Shown here piece after piece: positions 42,546 through 55,112 of a DNA stretch of 64,000 bases. The DNA is from Vicugna vicugna (taxonomy: Eukaryota). The first letter of the stretch is position 1. Every line of letters starts with the position of its first letter. Position numbers and translations under genes: made by a program. The stretch covers positions 186,001-250,000 of the forward strand of contig MU058824.1 of assembly GCA_013265495.1 (NCBI GenBank). The letters are read 5' to 3'. The notes under the pieces were generated by a model. The model was not told the DNA's origin. It saw only the letters and a list, made by a program, of their open reading frames with translations, and did not search any database.

Positions 42546-43561
42546 TTACTGTTGAATTTTTCAATCGTTTCCTTTAGCTTTCTTGCCTGTTACGACATGC
42601 TTTAGATGTTAGGAATTTCCCAGAGGCCAGTCCCACCTCCCTCCACCCCTTAAATGGCTCATCAGTTGTCCTAACAGCATTTAGTATCTGATCCATCTTT
42701 CTCTACTGATTTTGTTTAAAATACTTTTTGATATATACTACTTAACATTTTTTATGCCAAACTTAGCAATGATTTTTTTCCTTGTTATTTTTTACTTTCC
42801 TCTTATGCTCTAGGAAGTCCTTGACACTTGGAGTTCAGAAGAATAACTGTTTTTTTCTTTCTGGGTTGTTGTACTATACCATATTGCCTCACTTAGGACA
42901 GTTTTGAGCTTTAAAAGAATTGAGACCCACCAGAAGAAGGTATTTTGCTTCATCAGTGAGTATACTTATACCCATTTATATAAAACAGAAACAAAAATTT
43001 TATCACCAAACCATGCTGATGGCAGAGATTTTTACTACTTACAGGAGATCCCTCAAATTTCTCAGCCCCTATACAGTTAGATATAGTCTGAGTTCTGGGC
43101 AGAAGGATGGAAACAGAAATACTGTATGCAACTTCCACTTCCTCAGTGGAGGGATCATGTCTTTGTGCCCTTCCCTTTACTTGCTGACTGAAATGCAGGT
43201 ATGAACACTGGAGCTAAAACTGCCATCTTGAACCATGAGGTGACCTTGGGACTGACACAACAATAGGGAAGTGGCCTGAGTATTTGAGGACTTGCTGAAG
43301 CAGAGCCACCTGATGCCTAGACTGCCTACATTTTGACTTTAATGAGAGAAATTAACATCTCAACATCAATGTGAGAAAGTAAATTGTTATTTTATGTCTT
43401 ACCGTTTCTCCCACCAAATTTAATTCTCACAATTACATCTTCTGTAGTTTATGCCAGATTATACTTCCACCAACAATATATGAGAGTGCTGCTTCTCCAT
43501 GGTGTCAGCAACAGGTTTGTTGTCAAACTTTTGGATTCTGACAATCTTAAAAGTGAGGAAA

Positions 43562-44016
43562 ACATAACGCCATTTGCAGCAACATGGATATCCCTGGATA
43601 ATGTCATTCTAAGTGAAGTAAGCCAGAAAGAGAAAGAAAAATGCCAAATGAGATCGCTTATATGTGGAATTTTTAAAAAGAAAAAAAAGGAACATAAATA
43701 CAAAACAGAAACAGACTCATAGACATAGAATACAAACTTGTGTATTTGAATACAAACCCCCAAGGGGGCGGGGGGTAGGAAGGGATAGACTGGGAGTTCA
43801 AAATTTGTAGATACTGACAGGCATATGTAGAATAGATAAACAAGATTATACGGTATAGCACAGGGAAATATATACATGATCTTGTGGTAGCTCACAGCAA
43901 AAAAAAAAATGTGACAATGAATATATGTATGTTCATGTATAACTGAAAAATTGTGCTCTACACTGGAATTTGACACAACATTGTAAAATGAGTATAACAA
44001 TAAAAAAAAGTTTTAA
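43562..44016 (+). mobile_element. Young 5'-truncated L1
   Basis: PFAATWISLDNVILSEVSQ (end of ORF2) + 3'UTR + A tail; near-perfect TSD aaaa(g/a)tgaggaaa at about 43549-43561 and 44017-44029. Confidence 0.92.
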
Positions 44017-45846
44017 AAAAATGAGGAAAGTGATCTTAATTTCAATTTGCATTTCTCTTTTTGTGAGTCAAGTTGAATGTCTTTTATGTAAGCATGATTT
44101 GTTTCTTTTCCACAAACTGGCTGGAGATAAATATTTTTCTATCAAGTACTTGATTTTCTTCCTTTGTTGCTGGGAATTCTTTGTATACTCAGAAAATTAA
44201 TCCTTTACCTGTGATACGAATTGCAACTTTTTTTCCCTAAATTTGCCTTGTCTTTTGACTTTTCTCACTCTCTTTTTTGGTCATGAAGAATATTTCTAAA
44301 AGTTTTGGTAAAAGCCTGTAATCAAATTAAAAAAAATTTTTTTCCTGGCATTTAGGTTTTAAGTTCTAGTAGAAATCCAAAGTTATAAAATAAATCACCC
44401 ATTTTGTTTTCTGGGACTTTTATGAATTTGTTTTTTAACCTTACATCTTTGAATGTAATATGTGAAGTATGAACCCAACTTCATGATTTTCCAAATGGCT
44501 CCCTATTTATGCCAACCACTTATCTTTATGTCATTGATATGAGATGTTGTCTTTATAGTGCACTAAATTCTTATATTTATTTGGTTCTGTTTCTAGACTT
44601 TGTTTTTCATTCCATTGGTTTGTCTATTCATATGCCAAAACCACATTTGAATTACTGAAGTTTTATAATTTATTTCCATATCTAATAGAATCGGTCTCTC
44701 TTCATTGCTTTTCTTTTTCAAAAACTTCTTGGCTATTGTTGCTTGTTTAATTTTTCATAGACAAATTTTAATCAGCTCATGTAGGTTTAGAAAAAACCCT
44801 GTTGACATATTTATTAGGATCTCATTCAATTTACCAGTTCATTTAGGGACACTTGTCATCTTTAGGATGTTGAGAATTCTAATCCAGTTTCCTATTCAGT
44901 CCTAGGAATTTGATTGGTTTTGATAGCTGTTGCAAATGGGGTCTCCTTTTCCATCTTATTGTCTAACTGGTTATTGTTTGTGCATGTGTAGTCTATTGAT
45001 TTCTGAATGTTAATTTTATATTGCCTCACCCTTTTTTAATTCCCTTATTGTTTGTAGTAGCTTTTCAGATGATATTTTTTAGGCATACAATTATATCTGG
45101 AAATGTAGATAATTTTACTTCCTCATTTTCAATTCTTATCTCTGGGAATGATTTTGTACTCCTGGCTGGTCTCCCTCCTTCCTGTCTTTTTTCCAAGCTT
45201 GGGTGGGCAGCCTTCTTGGCCTTTCTGTGTTACTTAATATCCTCTCAATAATTTTTTTTTAAAATTTTAAGTCAGAACTGATTTCTTGTTACTTTATCTA
45301 AGAAACCTGATGAAAAGTTTCATTTTGCATAAATTAGGTCCAATGATACATCATCAATTGGGATATCTGTTGCCATTTATTGAGGGCTTACTGTGTGCCG
45401 GGCAGTGTGCAAAGTGATTTGCATGTAACTAGTTATGATTCAATTCCTAAAGGATGTACTTTGAATTTTTGTCCCTCGTTGTAGTACCAAATTTGAACTT
45501 GTCCTTTTCAGCTTTCTTCAAAGACTCTCTGCTTTTTGTGTTAGTAGTAGCTCTGAAATGTAAGGCCAGTTTAATATGTTCAAGCTTTTATTATTTGTCT
45601 TGAATTATAAAATCAAGTTTATTAGCATAAGAAAGTTTGGGTGTTTTGTTTTGTTTTAGTAGTGGTACCCTATTTCCAAAACAAATATTAACTGGGGGTC
45701 CAGTATAAAAAACAGAGAAGCTACAAAGGTTAGGTAGATGGAATGGTGGTAAGTTACCTAACTCACAATTTTGTGATGCTTCTAAGAATAGACAAAAAAG
45801 AGAGGGTGGGGAAATAGAGACATTTCTGGACACAGATCTTGGTGAC

Positions 45847-46275
45847 TATTATGGGTTGAATGGTCTCTCTGAAAACATATGTTGAAGTCCTAACCCCTAG
45901 TACCTCAAAGGTTGACCCTATTTGGAAATAGGATCATTATAAAGGTAATCAAGTTAAAATGAGGTCATTAGGGTGGGCTGTACATGACTGGTATCCTTAT
46001 AAAAAGAGCAAATTTGGACACAGACACAAACAAAGGGAGGATGATGTGAAGAAACAGAGAGAATGCCATCTACAAGCCAAGGAACATCTAAGGCTACCAG
46101 AAGCTTGGAGAGAGGCATGGAACAGATTCTTCCTCAGACCTCTCAGAAGGAAACAACCCTGCCAACACCTTGACTTCAGACTTCTAGTCTCCAGAATGGA
46201 GAGCCAATACATTTCTGTTGGTTAAGCCACTTAATTTGTGGTACTTTGCAGCAGTAGCCCCAGGAAACTAATACA
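45847..46275 (+). mobile_element. MaLR LTR (MLT1B/C-like)
   Basis: tattatgggttgaat...gaagtcctaacccctagtacctc...caaccctgccaacaccttgacttcagacttctag...ggaaactaataca. Confidence 0.85.
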
Positions 46276-46789
46276 GAGGTTTATGTGGCCAATTGGACAG
46301 AATTTGGAAGTGGAATATCCTACAGATTCTAGAATGCATGTTCACTATACATGTTTTTCTGGCACGGGACAAGGACCCTTGATTAGTTATATTCTTGTTA
46401 TTTGTCAAAGGTCTGTTTGGGCTCAGCTAAGCAGATCATCCTTGTAATTACTCAGTTTATCAGTTAGAGTTGAAAAAAGCCTATCTTTAGGTACATACTT
46501 TTCATGTCTTAAACCAGAGGTATAAACTGGCAACCTGCTTGTAAGTATTTTGTTTGGCCTACACAGTGTTTTAAAATAGGAAAAACATGTACTTCCTCAG
46601 CAATATTTTAAGATCAGATTTCTTCTAAACATTTCTGGATTTCTGTTTTTGTCTTGAAAATGAGATTTGCATTCCCTCATGGCTGCTGCTGTTGACTCTT
46701 GCTGATGACCTGCTGCTTCCTTTAGCCAGGCCTCACTTCAGTGAGCTGTGTGACCACCAGGCCCAAGGTGCCACAGACAAAGAAACAAG

Positions 46790-47420
46790 GGTGGCTGGAG
46801 CAGAGTGAAAAAGGAGAGGGTAGTAGGAGGAGTACCCACAGGTTAAGGGAATTTGTCAGAATATGGCAAAACTTAAGGGCATCAAGGTCTCTGGCTTTTA
46901 CTCTGAATGAAATAGGAAACTGTTGGGGGAGTTTGAGAAAAAGAGTGACCTGACCTGACTTAGATTTTTAAATAATCACACAATTGCTCTGCTGGTGTTA
47001 GACTGTAGGGGGAAGACACTAGACTGCAGTGGTGGAAGCAGGGAGACCTATTCAGAGGCTTTTTACAGTGATCATGAGATGGCTTGTACCATGATGGTAG
47101 CAAGTGAGGTGTGTTAAGTGGTGGAAGTCAGAATGTGTTCGAAGGTAGAATCAGCAGAATCGTCCGATGATTTTGATGTGAGATATGAAAGATGGAAAGA
47201 AGCCAGGCCAAAACTCCAAAGGTTTTGACTTCAGTATCTGGAAGGATGGAGTTGCTATTTGAGATGAAGAAGCTGTAGGAAGAGTAGATTTCAGATGGAA
47301 AAATGAGGAGTTTCATTTTGGATACGTTGATCTTGAGATATATAGTCCACGTCGAAAGAAAATGTTGAATAAGCTGTCAGATACGAGCCTGGAGTTCAGG
47401 GGACATGTCTGGCTGGCAAT
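46790..47420 (-). mobile_element. L2 fragment
   Basis: Typical antisense L2 motifs (ggtggaagcagggagacc; ggatggagttgctatttgagatg; gagtttcattttggatacgttga). Confidence 0.75.
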
Positions 47421-48159
47421 AAACATTTCCTCTTTTGATTCAGACTCAAAACTTTTAATACCATATAATACTGATGACTCCCAAACGTTTATGTTGGCTT
47501 CAGAGCAGATCGTGGTTGTATGGATGTACTGCCAGGGAGGGGAGAAGTTGGTATCTGGCTCTGTTTCTTTGTCTCTGATCACTTAAGAGGAATGATCTTA
47601 GTCCCAGTGCTTGGGTCTCCTCCGACCTTAGAAATCATTGCTCTGAATCCTTATCCAGCAAACTAAGGCTCATTCCTTGATGGCTTCCCAAAGTTTTATA
47701 ATCTGGTCAACTCTAGAGACAAAGTTGAATCAAGGTCTGAAATCCTCATCTGGGGCTCTTGCCTCCATGCCACCTTCCAGTATTTGGCAAGGCTATCTTT
47801 CAAAGACCCGTTCTCTTTGCTTTCTCATCTCCTTTCTAGGCATTTAAATTTCTCTCTTAACTTCACAGGGCCCACTTAATTTCAGAAGCAGGAATCTTTG
47901 TGCTGAGAAACTGAAATATTAAGGAAAATCCTCAACTAAAACTTTCAGGTTCCAGCTACTAGGGGTATTTTGTCCTCTCTAGCTAATTCTTAATTGCTCC
48001 ATCCAGGTTAAAGTTCCCAGGAATTCTGTAGTCCTTGCAGTCCCAAACTTTTTCTCAATTTAATTCAACTTATACTCTTCTTTCAATGTGGCTCCACGTC
48101 TGAAGAACACTGGTCCAGTCTGGGGAGAAAAGATACGCTCTTAACCTTTTCTGTTGTAA

Positions 48160-49130
48160 TCAGCGCGACGGCCCCTAAAGGGCAAGTCCGGGAAGTTCAC
48201 GGCTAAACTTACGGCCAAGCTTTGTCCTTGGGTCCTGCGCTCTCCTCCCTCCGCTTCCCGGAGCGCGGGGGGCTTCCGGCGCGGCCCCCTCCTCCCGGGG
48301 GCGGGGCCTACCGCTCCGGTTCCCGCCTCCCCGGTTGCGCGCGGCTGCGGGCCGCGGTCACGTGAACGCGGCGCGGCGGGGGAGGGGCCCTGATTTCCGG
48401 GCGGCGGAAGGAGACGCGGCCGCGTGAAGACGAGGCGATTTGAAAACACGCTCCGGGAGCGAGAGGCTGAGGCCGGTGGCTCACGCCGTCGCCCGGTGGG
48501 CTCTCCTCGGACGTTTTTACCCGCCTGCCGCGCCCCGGTCCCGGCCGGGCCCTCAGGTGAGCGGCCGCCGCCCGTCGGGCCGGGCCCTCCTGGAGCGCGG
48601 GACGGCGCGCGGGGCCGTTGCCCCCCGGTACGCGGCCCAGGCGGGCAGGGCGGGCTGGGGCCAGTCTGCGCCCCCCGGGGGCCGGGCCGGGGCGTCCCCG
48701 CGGAGCCGGGCCTGGGTGTGGAGCCGGGCAGTGCGGGGGCGGGGCGCCCCTCGGGCGTTTGAAGCGCCTCAAATGACTGGGCGGGCTCGCGCGGTTTCGG
48801 GTCTAGGAGACTTTCAGGCCGGTGTGCATTGATTGGGCCCCGCTTCCTGGACTGTGGTCCTGACCGCCGTACACAGGAGGAGAAGGAGCGCTAGTTTCTT
48901 AAATCCCACGGAGGTCTCACTTCTGGGATGCAGGACCGAAGTCTGGGGGTGGAGGTGAGCAGTCGTCTCCTAAGCGGCCCTCTCAGCCCAGGTGTGGAGG
49001 GTTAAGCGATCTGTGCGGAGCAGATTCGGACCATCGGCCCTCTCGAGTCGCCCCAGTCTCGCGTATTTGTTTTCTGGGAAGTCCAGTGCTTCCGAGTGGC
49101 CTCCTAGGTAGAGTTTAAGGAGCTCACGAG
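48160..49130 (+). promoter_or_regulatory. TEX10: CpG island / TEX10 promoter
   Basis: Dense CpG; GC boxes, ETS cores, E-box CACGTG 48359-48364; about 3.5 kb upstream of the TEX10 ATG exon. Confidence 0.9.
48400..48556 (+). other. TEX10: TEX10 probable non-coding exon 1 (start approximate)
   Basis: Donor CAG|GTGAGC, intron starting at 48557 inside the island. Confidence 0.65.
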
Positions 49131-50460
49131 CGTAAAAGGTGGGAGAGGAAATTACTGGAAGCCGAGTGCAATGTGCTTTCTTGATTCTTTTTTGGACTGG
49201 GGGGGGGAAAGAATTTGGAAATTTGGGAAGGGTAATGAGGTGGCAGATAAATTAGCTGAAATTCGGTTCGGTCGAAATCCTAATACACTAGAATCTGCTT
49301 TTTGTTAAGTTTGGAAGACCTGTAGTTGGAGTATGTGAAATTCAGTTTTAAAACTTTTGAGGCTCACCTAGTCCAGTGATGTGAGAGCTCAGCCCCTAGG
49401 GCTGCATGCAGTTCCTACGTTCTGTTCAATACCAGTTACTACAAAAGTGGCTTAGTCGGACTATTTGATATGCTGTACTAGGAAAATCCTTAAGAGAAAA
49501 TAACAGAAGTTGCTAGAAGAACTTTAAAAGAGTTCATAGTATAAAAATGCTTCCTGTGTACCGTAAAAATAATCTTACCTAGCCTTTGAAGTCAAGGAAG
49601 GGTAATAAGGCCTCTTCCTAACAGGGAAACAGTAGAGTAATTAATACAAAGTGATGGATAATATGGCATAAGCTTGGCAGTAGACCGTATATTGGACACC
49701 AGTTAGTTAGTGGCTAAAGATAGGACAGAGGTGTGTGTGTGGTGGGGGTGGAGGGTTAATTGACTCGGTTTTTCTGAATGTCTTGTACTGTTTATTTTCA
49801 TCTCTCCTACTAGCTAGTAATAAAATTGTAGAGAAAGTTCACTAAATGTGCTTGCTTAATTAATGAAAACTATTTTTATATTAAAAGAGGACAGGTGAGT
49901 ATTAGGGCCTTGTTTTTAGGTTTTACTCATTTTTGGGGCTAGAATAACTAGAGGTGTGAGTAGGATGAAAATTTGGGATTGGGAGAAATGAAATAAGGCA
50001 AGCCATTTTGCTGCTGCTTTCCAGTTCTCATCTTAATTCCGGTATGAAATTGGTTTTGCAGAGCTCAGTCTTGTGTATGAATTCCTCTTCAGCTACTTAA
50101 TAAAGGCCTGACAAACCTTTCTGAGCCACATCTTTAAGATGGTTTTAGTACCGCCTTCCTCACGTGGTTTTGTGAGACTTGAATGCTGTTGTGCATACTG
50201 CATCGAATATTGTCCTTGTCCTGAGACTAAGAAAGTATACATATTTGTGCTTATAGAGTATGTATTTAATAGCGTGCCAGGCACAGTTCTGAGTGTTTTA
50301 CAAATATGAGCTTTTTTGCCCCTCATTCATCCTACCTTATAACAACGGTATGAGGTAAGCATTATTATTAGCCCCATTTTGTAGATAAAAACTGAGGCAC
50401 AGTGGTTAACTACAGCTAGAAAGTGATAGAGTCTGGACAAAGACCCCAGTTAGTCTGACT

Positions 50461-50602
50461 TTTTTTTAATTGACATGTAGTCAGTTTACAATATTGTGTC
50501 AATTTCTGGTGTACAGTATAATGTTTCAGTCATGCAGATAAATATGTATATATGTATTTTTTTTAACTGAAGTGTAGTCAGTTTACAATGTTGTGTTAAT
50601 TC
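50461..50602 (-). mobile_element. Two stacked L1 3' tails inserted in a MIR
   Basis: tgtagtcagtttacaat(a/g)ttgtgt occurs twice, each after a T-run; TSD agtctgact at 50452-50460 and 50603-50611. Confidence 0.75.
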
Positions 50603-52119
50603 AGTCTGACTCTTGAATCTGCTCTTAACCTATGTAGCCAGACCCTAGCTCGTGAGACTCTAATGTAGTAAAGCCTTGCAATCATGTGAATTTGGATATA
50701 ATGTCATAGGTGATTGGCTTCTGGATTCTGGGAACTTGAGCTGTCTGGTCCTGCACCAGTCATTTTATTAATCTCACAATAATGCAAACCTTCATTTTAC
50801 TCAAATTTTTTGATTTCCTTGAGTAACATTGTGACTTCAAAAAAAAATCTGGGCATAGGATAATTATGATAGACTGGGAGAGGTTTTATTTATTCCTGAG
50901 ATATCCACTCCAGTGGATGGATATACTATGCAAGGCATAATTTATTATTTTTACAGTGTATGGAAAGGGCTTCATGGAGGGCTGAACTGGTTCCAGGTAT
51001 AGGAGGCTAAGGAAGATGAAGCTGGAGAGAAAGTTAGGAAGGATGTGATAATGTCAAGCCAAGCAGTTTTTAATTGTAAGGGCGTAGAGGAGCAGCTGAA
51101 AGTTCGTGAGCCTTGGTCACATCTGTGTTTAGAAAGAGCCCTCTGGTGATTCTCTAGCAAGTGAGCGGTGGAGTAGACCCTAGAGACAAGACAAGAATAC
51201 TGGTGGGGAAACTTTAACTGTCTAGGGTAGAAATAAAGACTTCAGTGGCACGGGGATGCATAGGTCAAAGATTTTGTGTATAAGTGGGTAATTTGGATAT
51301 AAGGAGAAAGAATGTGATGAATTTGGGGAAGTGCAAGATGACAGGATTACACCTGAGTTTATTTGTTATAATAGTGGCCTGGCTGGTCTTTGTTCCTCAT
51401 GCCTCTGTTATGCTGTATTTCTTTTTCTACTGCTTTTTCTCCTGTTTTTTGGATACCGTTTCCTGTTTATGTCTAGCCTGAATTTTTCCTGGTGTTCAAA
51501 ATTCTGGTAACTTTCATTTTTGCCTACACCAGACTTATCCCCTACTCTTCATCTGTACTGTTTTCCTTGCTCGTGAAATGCTTAGTAACTCTCCTTGCTG
51601 CATATCTGAATCTTACTCATTTTCAAGCACCCAGCTTAGGTTCATGAAACTTTCCTATTACAGACTGCATTAAATAATAACATTGGTTTTCAGACTGTTT
51701 TGCTAGAGGTTTCTTGGGGGCTTCTAGGAGCCAGGAGCTTCCCAGCAGGTGCAAGACATATCTCTAGCAACTCTGTGCTGCCTCCTTGTCACCCTACGAT
51801 TGTAAAAAAAAAAAAAAATTATCGTAGGTTTCCTGTGTAGCACATAGCTTGACATAAGGTTCCATGGCCAAAAAACCTTGACAAACCAGTGATAATACTT
51901 GTTGCCTTATTGTTAATGACTCTCCTTTACAATATCTCTTGACTATACTGATCTTTTTTTGTATTTCATAAAGGTGTTTCCTGTTGAATATTGTTGGTGA
52001 TTCTTGATTATCTTTGAAATAAATGTTAGAGTAATGCAAATGTTGGAAAATATATTATAATTTACCTTTGTCTTTATTCATTGTTTTTAAATTAATTATT
52101 TTCATCAGAGCACTCAAGA

Positions 52120-52299
52120 ATGACTAAAAAAAGAAAACGCCAAGATGATTTTCAAAAAGTAAAACTAAAAGTTGGTAAAAAGAAGCCCAGGTTAGAAAAT
52201 GCTACTGTTACAAATTTTAAAACGAAGACTATACATCTGCCTGAGCAACTCAAGGAGGATGGAACACTTCCAACAAATAATCGAAAACTTAACATAAAG
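52120..52299 (+). CDS. TEX10: TEX10 coding exon 2 (codons 1-60); rixosome PELP1-TEX10-WDR18 subunit, Ipi1 homologue
   Basis: [23 protein letters not shown]...RKLNIK; acceptor ttcatcag at 52108; donor AAG|GTAAAT; 180 nt, phase 0. Confidence 0.96.
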
Positions 52300-52734
52300 G
52301 TAAATCATAAATATTGTTTTGATAAAATAGGATTTTCCTTGAAATCATCTAGAATGTTATGTTTTTCTGAAAAGTTATTTTAACTCTTAGGGTTTATTAA
52401 TGGCTGAAGTTTGGAGTTTATCTGTTACCCTAATCTGATGTTGCCACTGCAGCTTTCCCACTTCCTCCAGAAAGACTTGCTCAGATAGTCGAAGTGATTT
52501 CTTCCTTGTGTATTTATTTGATGATTTATTATGTCATCTGGAAGTAATTTCTGTATTTAACTTTTTGATGTTTGAATGTGTCAAGTTTTTCATGTGATGG
52601 TATTTCAGCTGTTTTTATGACTTATTAAGATAGGATCCGGTCTTACTTTTGAACCGTTGTATACATAGCTTATTGCAGGTTCAAAATAAATGTGTGGAGT
52701 TAATTGAAATTTGAGCAATAGTTTTGCTTAAAAA

Positions 52735-53230
52735 TTTAACAACTTTATTGAAATATGATTTACACATAATAAAATTTACCATTTCAAGTGAACGATTCAG
52801 TGGTTTTTAATATATTTACATTGTTATTGCTACTATCACAACAGTCTAATTTTGGAATGTTTTTGTCACTTCAGAAAGAACCTTACACTTATCAGAAGTC
52901 ACTCCCTGTTCCTTTCCCCCACTAGAGAGCCACTAATCTACTCTCTTTCTGTATAGACTTATTCTGGACATTCCATGTGAATGGAATCATACAAAACGTG
53001 GTTTTTTGTTACTGTTCTTACACTTAGCATGTTGTTGAGGCTCATCCATGTTATAGCTTGCATCAGAGCAGCACCTCATTCCTTTGTATTGGCAAGTATT
53101 CCACTGCACGGTGGTGTCACATTTTCCCACTCATCAGTTGATAGGCATTTGGTTGTTTCCACTTTTGGGCTCTTATGAATAATGCTGTTATAAACATTTG
53201 TGAACAAGTCTTTGTGAAGATGTACGTTTT
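52735..53230 (-). mobile_element. Old L1M 3' fragment in TEX10 intron 2
   Basis: actttattgaaatatgatttacac...tattctggacattccatgtgaatggaatcatac. Confidence 0.8.
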
Positions 53231-53775
53231 CTAGTTTTGCTTTTTGAGCTTCGAAGGCTAGATAATATCAAAGAGGCATTTGAAGTTATGGTTTCGTTAC
53301 AGATTAAGTAAATTTTTCCACAAATAAAATTGCCAAATGTTATACTCTGAATAAAATACACACTCTCTGAAAGACCATTTAGAACAGGCAGAAAGAGCCT
53401 TTTAAATTAAGTATATAAATGCACCTACCATATATTTGGTATATAGTAGGTCTTTAAATAGTGGTGATGATTGCTGTCACTTTAAATGGTAGTGTGCCTA
53501 ATCCTGTGTAGAGGATAATTTCAAAAAGAAAATTCTAAGTGAGAAGTTCTGTAATGCTCTTTTAATTAAGCTAATATATTAAAGATAAAACTGTTTCTGA
53601 TCTTACCAAAAGCTACATTTTTCTGAAAGTAACATTAAGAAAATACTTATGGAAGCAGTTCCCAACCCTTCTATCCCACTGGAGTGTCAGTTTATTAATA
53701 TAGTTTTAGTTAGCATGTTTATTTGAAAATGATGTAATGTATGTATGTACCTAAAACCTGTATTTTTATTTATAG

Positions 53776-54488
53776 GATTTGCTGTCACAGATGCATCACT
53801 ACAATGCTGGGGTTAAACAAAGTGCTCTTCTTGGACTTAAAGACCTTTTGTCTCAATACCCATTTATAATTGATGCACACCTTTCAAACATATTAAGTGA
53901 AGTGACTGCTGTGTTTACAGATAAAGATGCTAATGTACGATTAGCAGCAGTTCAACTTCTTCAATTCCTGGCCCCCAAAATACGAGCTGAACAAATTTCT
54001 CCATTTTTTCCTTTGGTAAGTGCCCATCTCTCTAGTGCCATGACTCACATTACTGAAGGAATTCAGGAGGACTCTTTAAAAGTTTTGGACATTCTGCTGG
54101 AACAGTACCCAGCTCTAATTACTGGCCGTAGCAGCATATTGCTTAAGAATTTTGTAGAACTTATTTCTCATCAGCAGCTGTCCAAAGGACTGGTAAATAG
54201 AGACAGATCCCAGTCCTGGATACTTTCTGTAAATCCTAATCGGAGACTCACTTCTCAGCAGTGGAGGCTGAAAGTCTTAGTGAGACTCAGTAAATTCCTT
54301 CAGGCCTTGGCAGATGGATCCAGTAGGTTGAGAGAAAGTGAAGGACTTCAGGAACAAAAAGAAAATCCCCATGCCACTAGCAACTCCATTTTTATCAACT
54401 GGAAGGAACATGCCAACGACCAGCAACACATCCAGGTTTATGAAAATGGGGGTTCACAGCCAAATGTCAGTTCACAGTTCAGGCTACG
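53776..54488 (+). CDS. TEX10: TEX10 coding exon 3 (includes Ipi1_N / HEAT-like region)
   Basis: Acceptor tatag|[28 protein letters not shown]...SSQFRL; donor CG|GTAAGA; 713 nt. Confidence 0.96.
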
Positions 54489-54868
54489 GTAAGAAGGATT
54501 TCAGTTATGTCCACACTCAGTTTTCCTATATTGAATTATAACTGCTGACCATTGATGGCTAATGGTGGGAAGACATGCAGTTGTCTTTCATATAGTTACT
54601 CATAATTTGATTTTGTTTACTGATGGGAGGAGTCATTTCAAAGTATATTAATTTATTCATTTCTAGCAAAGCCTAATGAGAAATAAAAATTGATAGTCTT
54701 TTGGCTTTGTCATCTCAAAATTTTATTTTTCTTACTTGTCTTGATCAATGTAATGTATCAATTCATGGTGCTTCATTTTACTGGTACATTGTATTTAAGA
54801 TTTAAATTAAGCAAGGAGTAATTTTTTTAATCATTAATTTTTTTTTCATTCTTTCCTTTCCCTGTTAG

Positions 54869-55112
54869 GTACCTGGTTGGAGGACTAGGCAGTATGGATG
54901 AAGGCCTGTCATCTACTGAAAACTTGAAAGGATTTATTGAGATAATAATCCCACTGCTCATTGAGTGCTGGATTGAAGCTGTGCCTCCACAACCAGCTGC
55001 TGCTTTGGGAAGCGGTGTAGAACGAGAACCTCTGCAGGTCATGCAGCAAGTCCTTAATATTATTTCCCTTCTGTGGAAACTCACTAAACAGCATGATGAA
55101 ACCCATAAATTG
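54869..55112 (+). CDS. TEX10: TEX10 coding exon 4
   Basis: Acceptor ctgttag|G completes the Arg codon; [34 protein letters not shown]...ETHKL; donor TTG|GTGAGA; 244 nt keeps frame. Confidence 0.95.

Noticed and set aside
43384..44000. 112-aa and 183-aa ORFs
   Set aside because: Sense and antisense readings of an L1 3' end.
48141..48832. ORFs on both strands at the TEX10 promoter
   Set aside because: CpG-island artefacts; the real start codon is at 52120.
52300..52383. ORF-track extension of TEX10 exon 2 to a stop codon
   Set aside because: Read-through into the intron; donor at 52300 splices in frame to exon 3.
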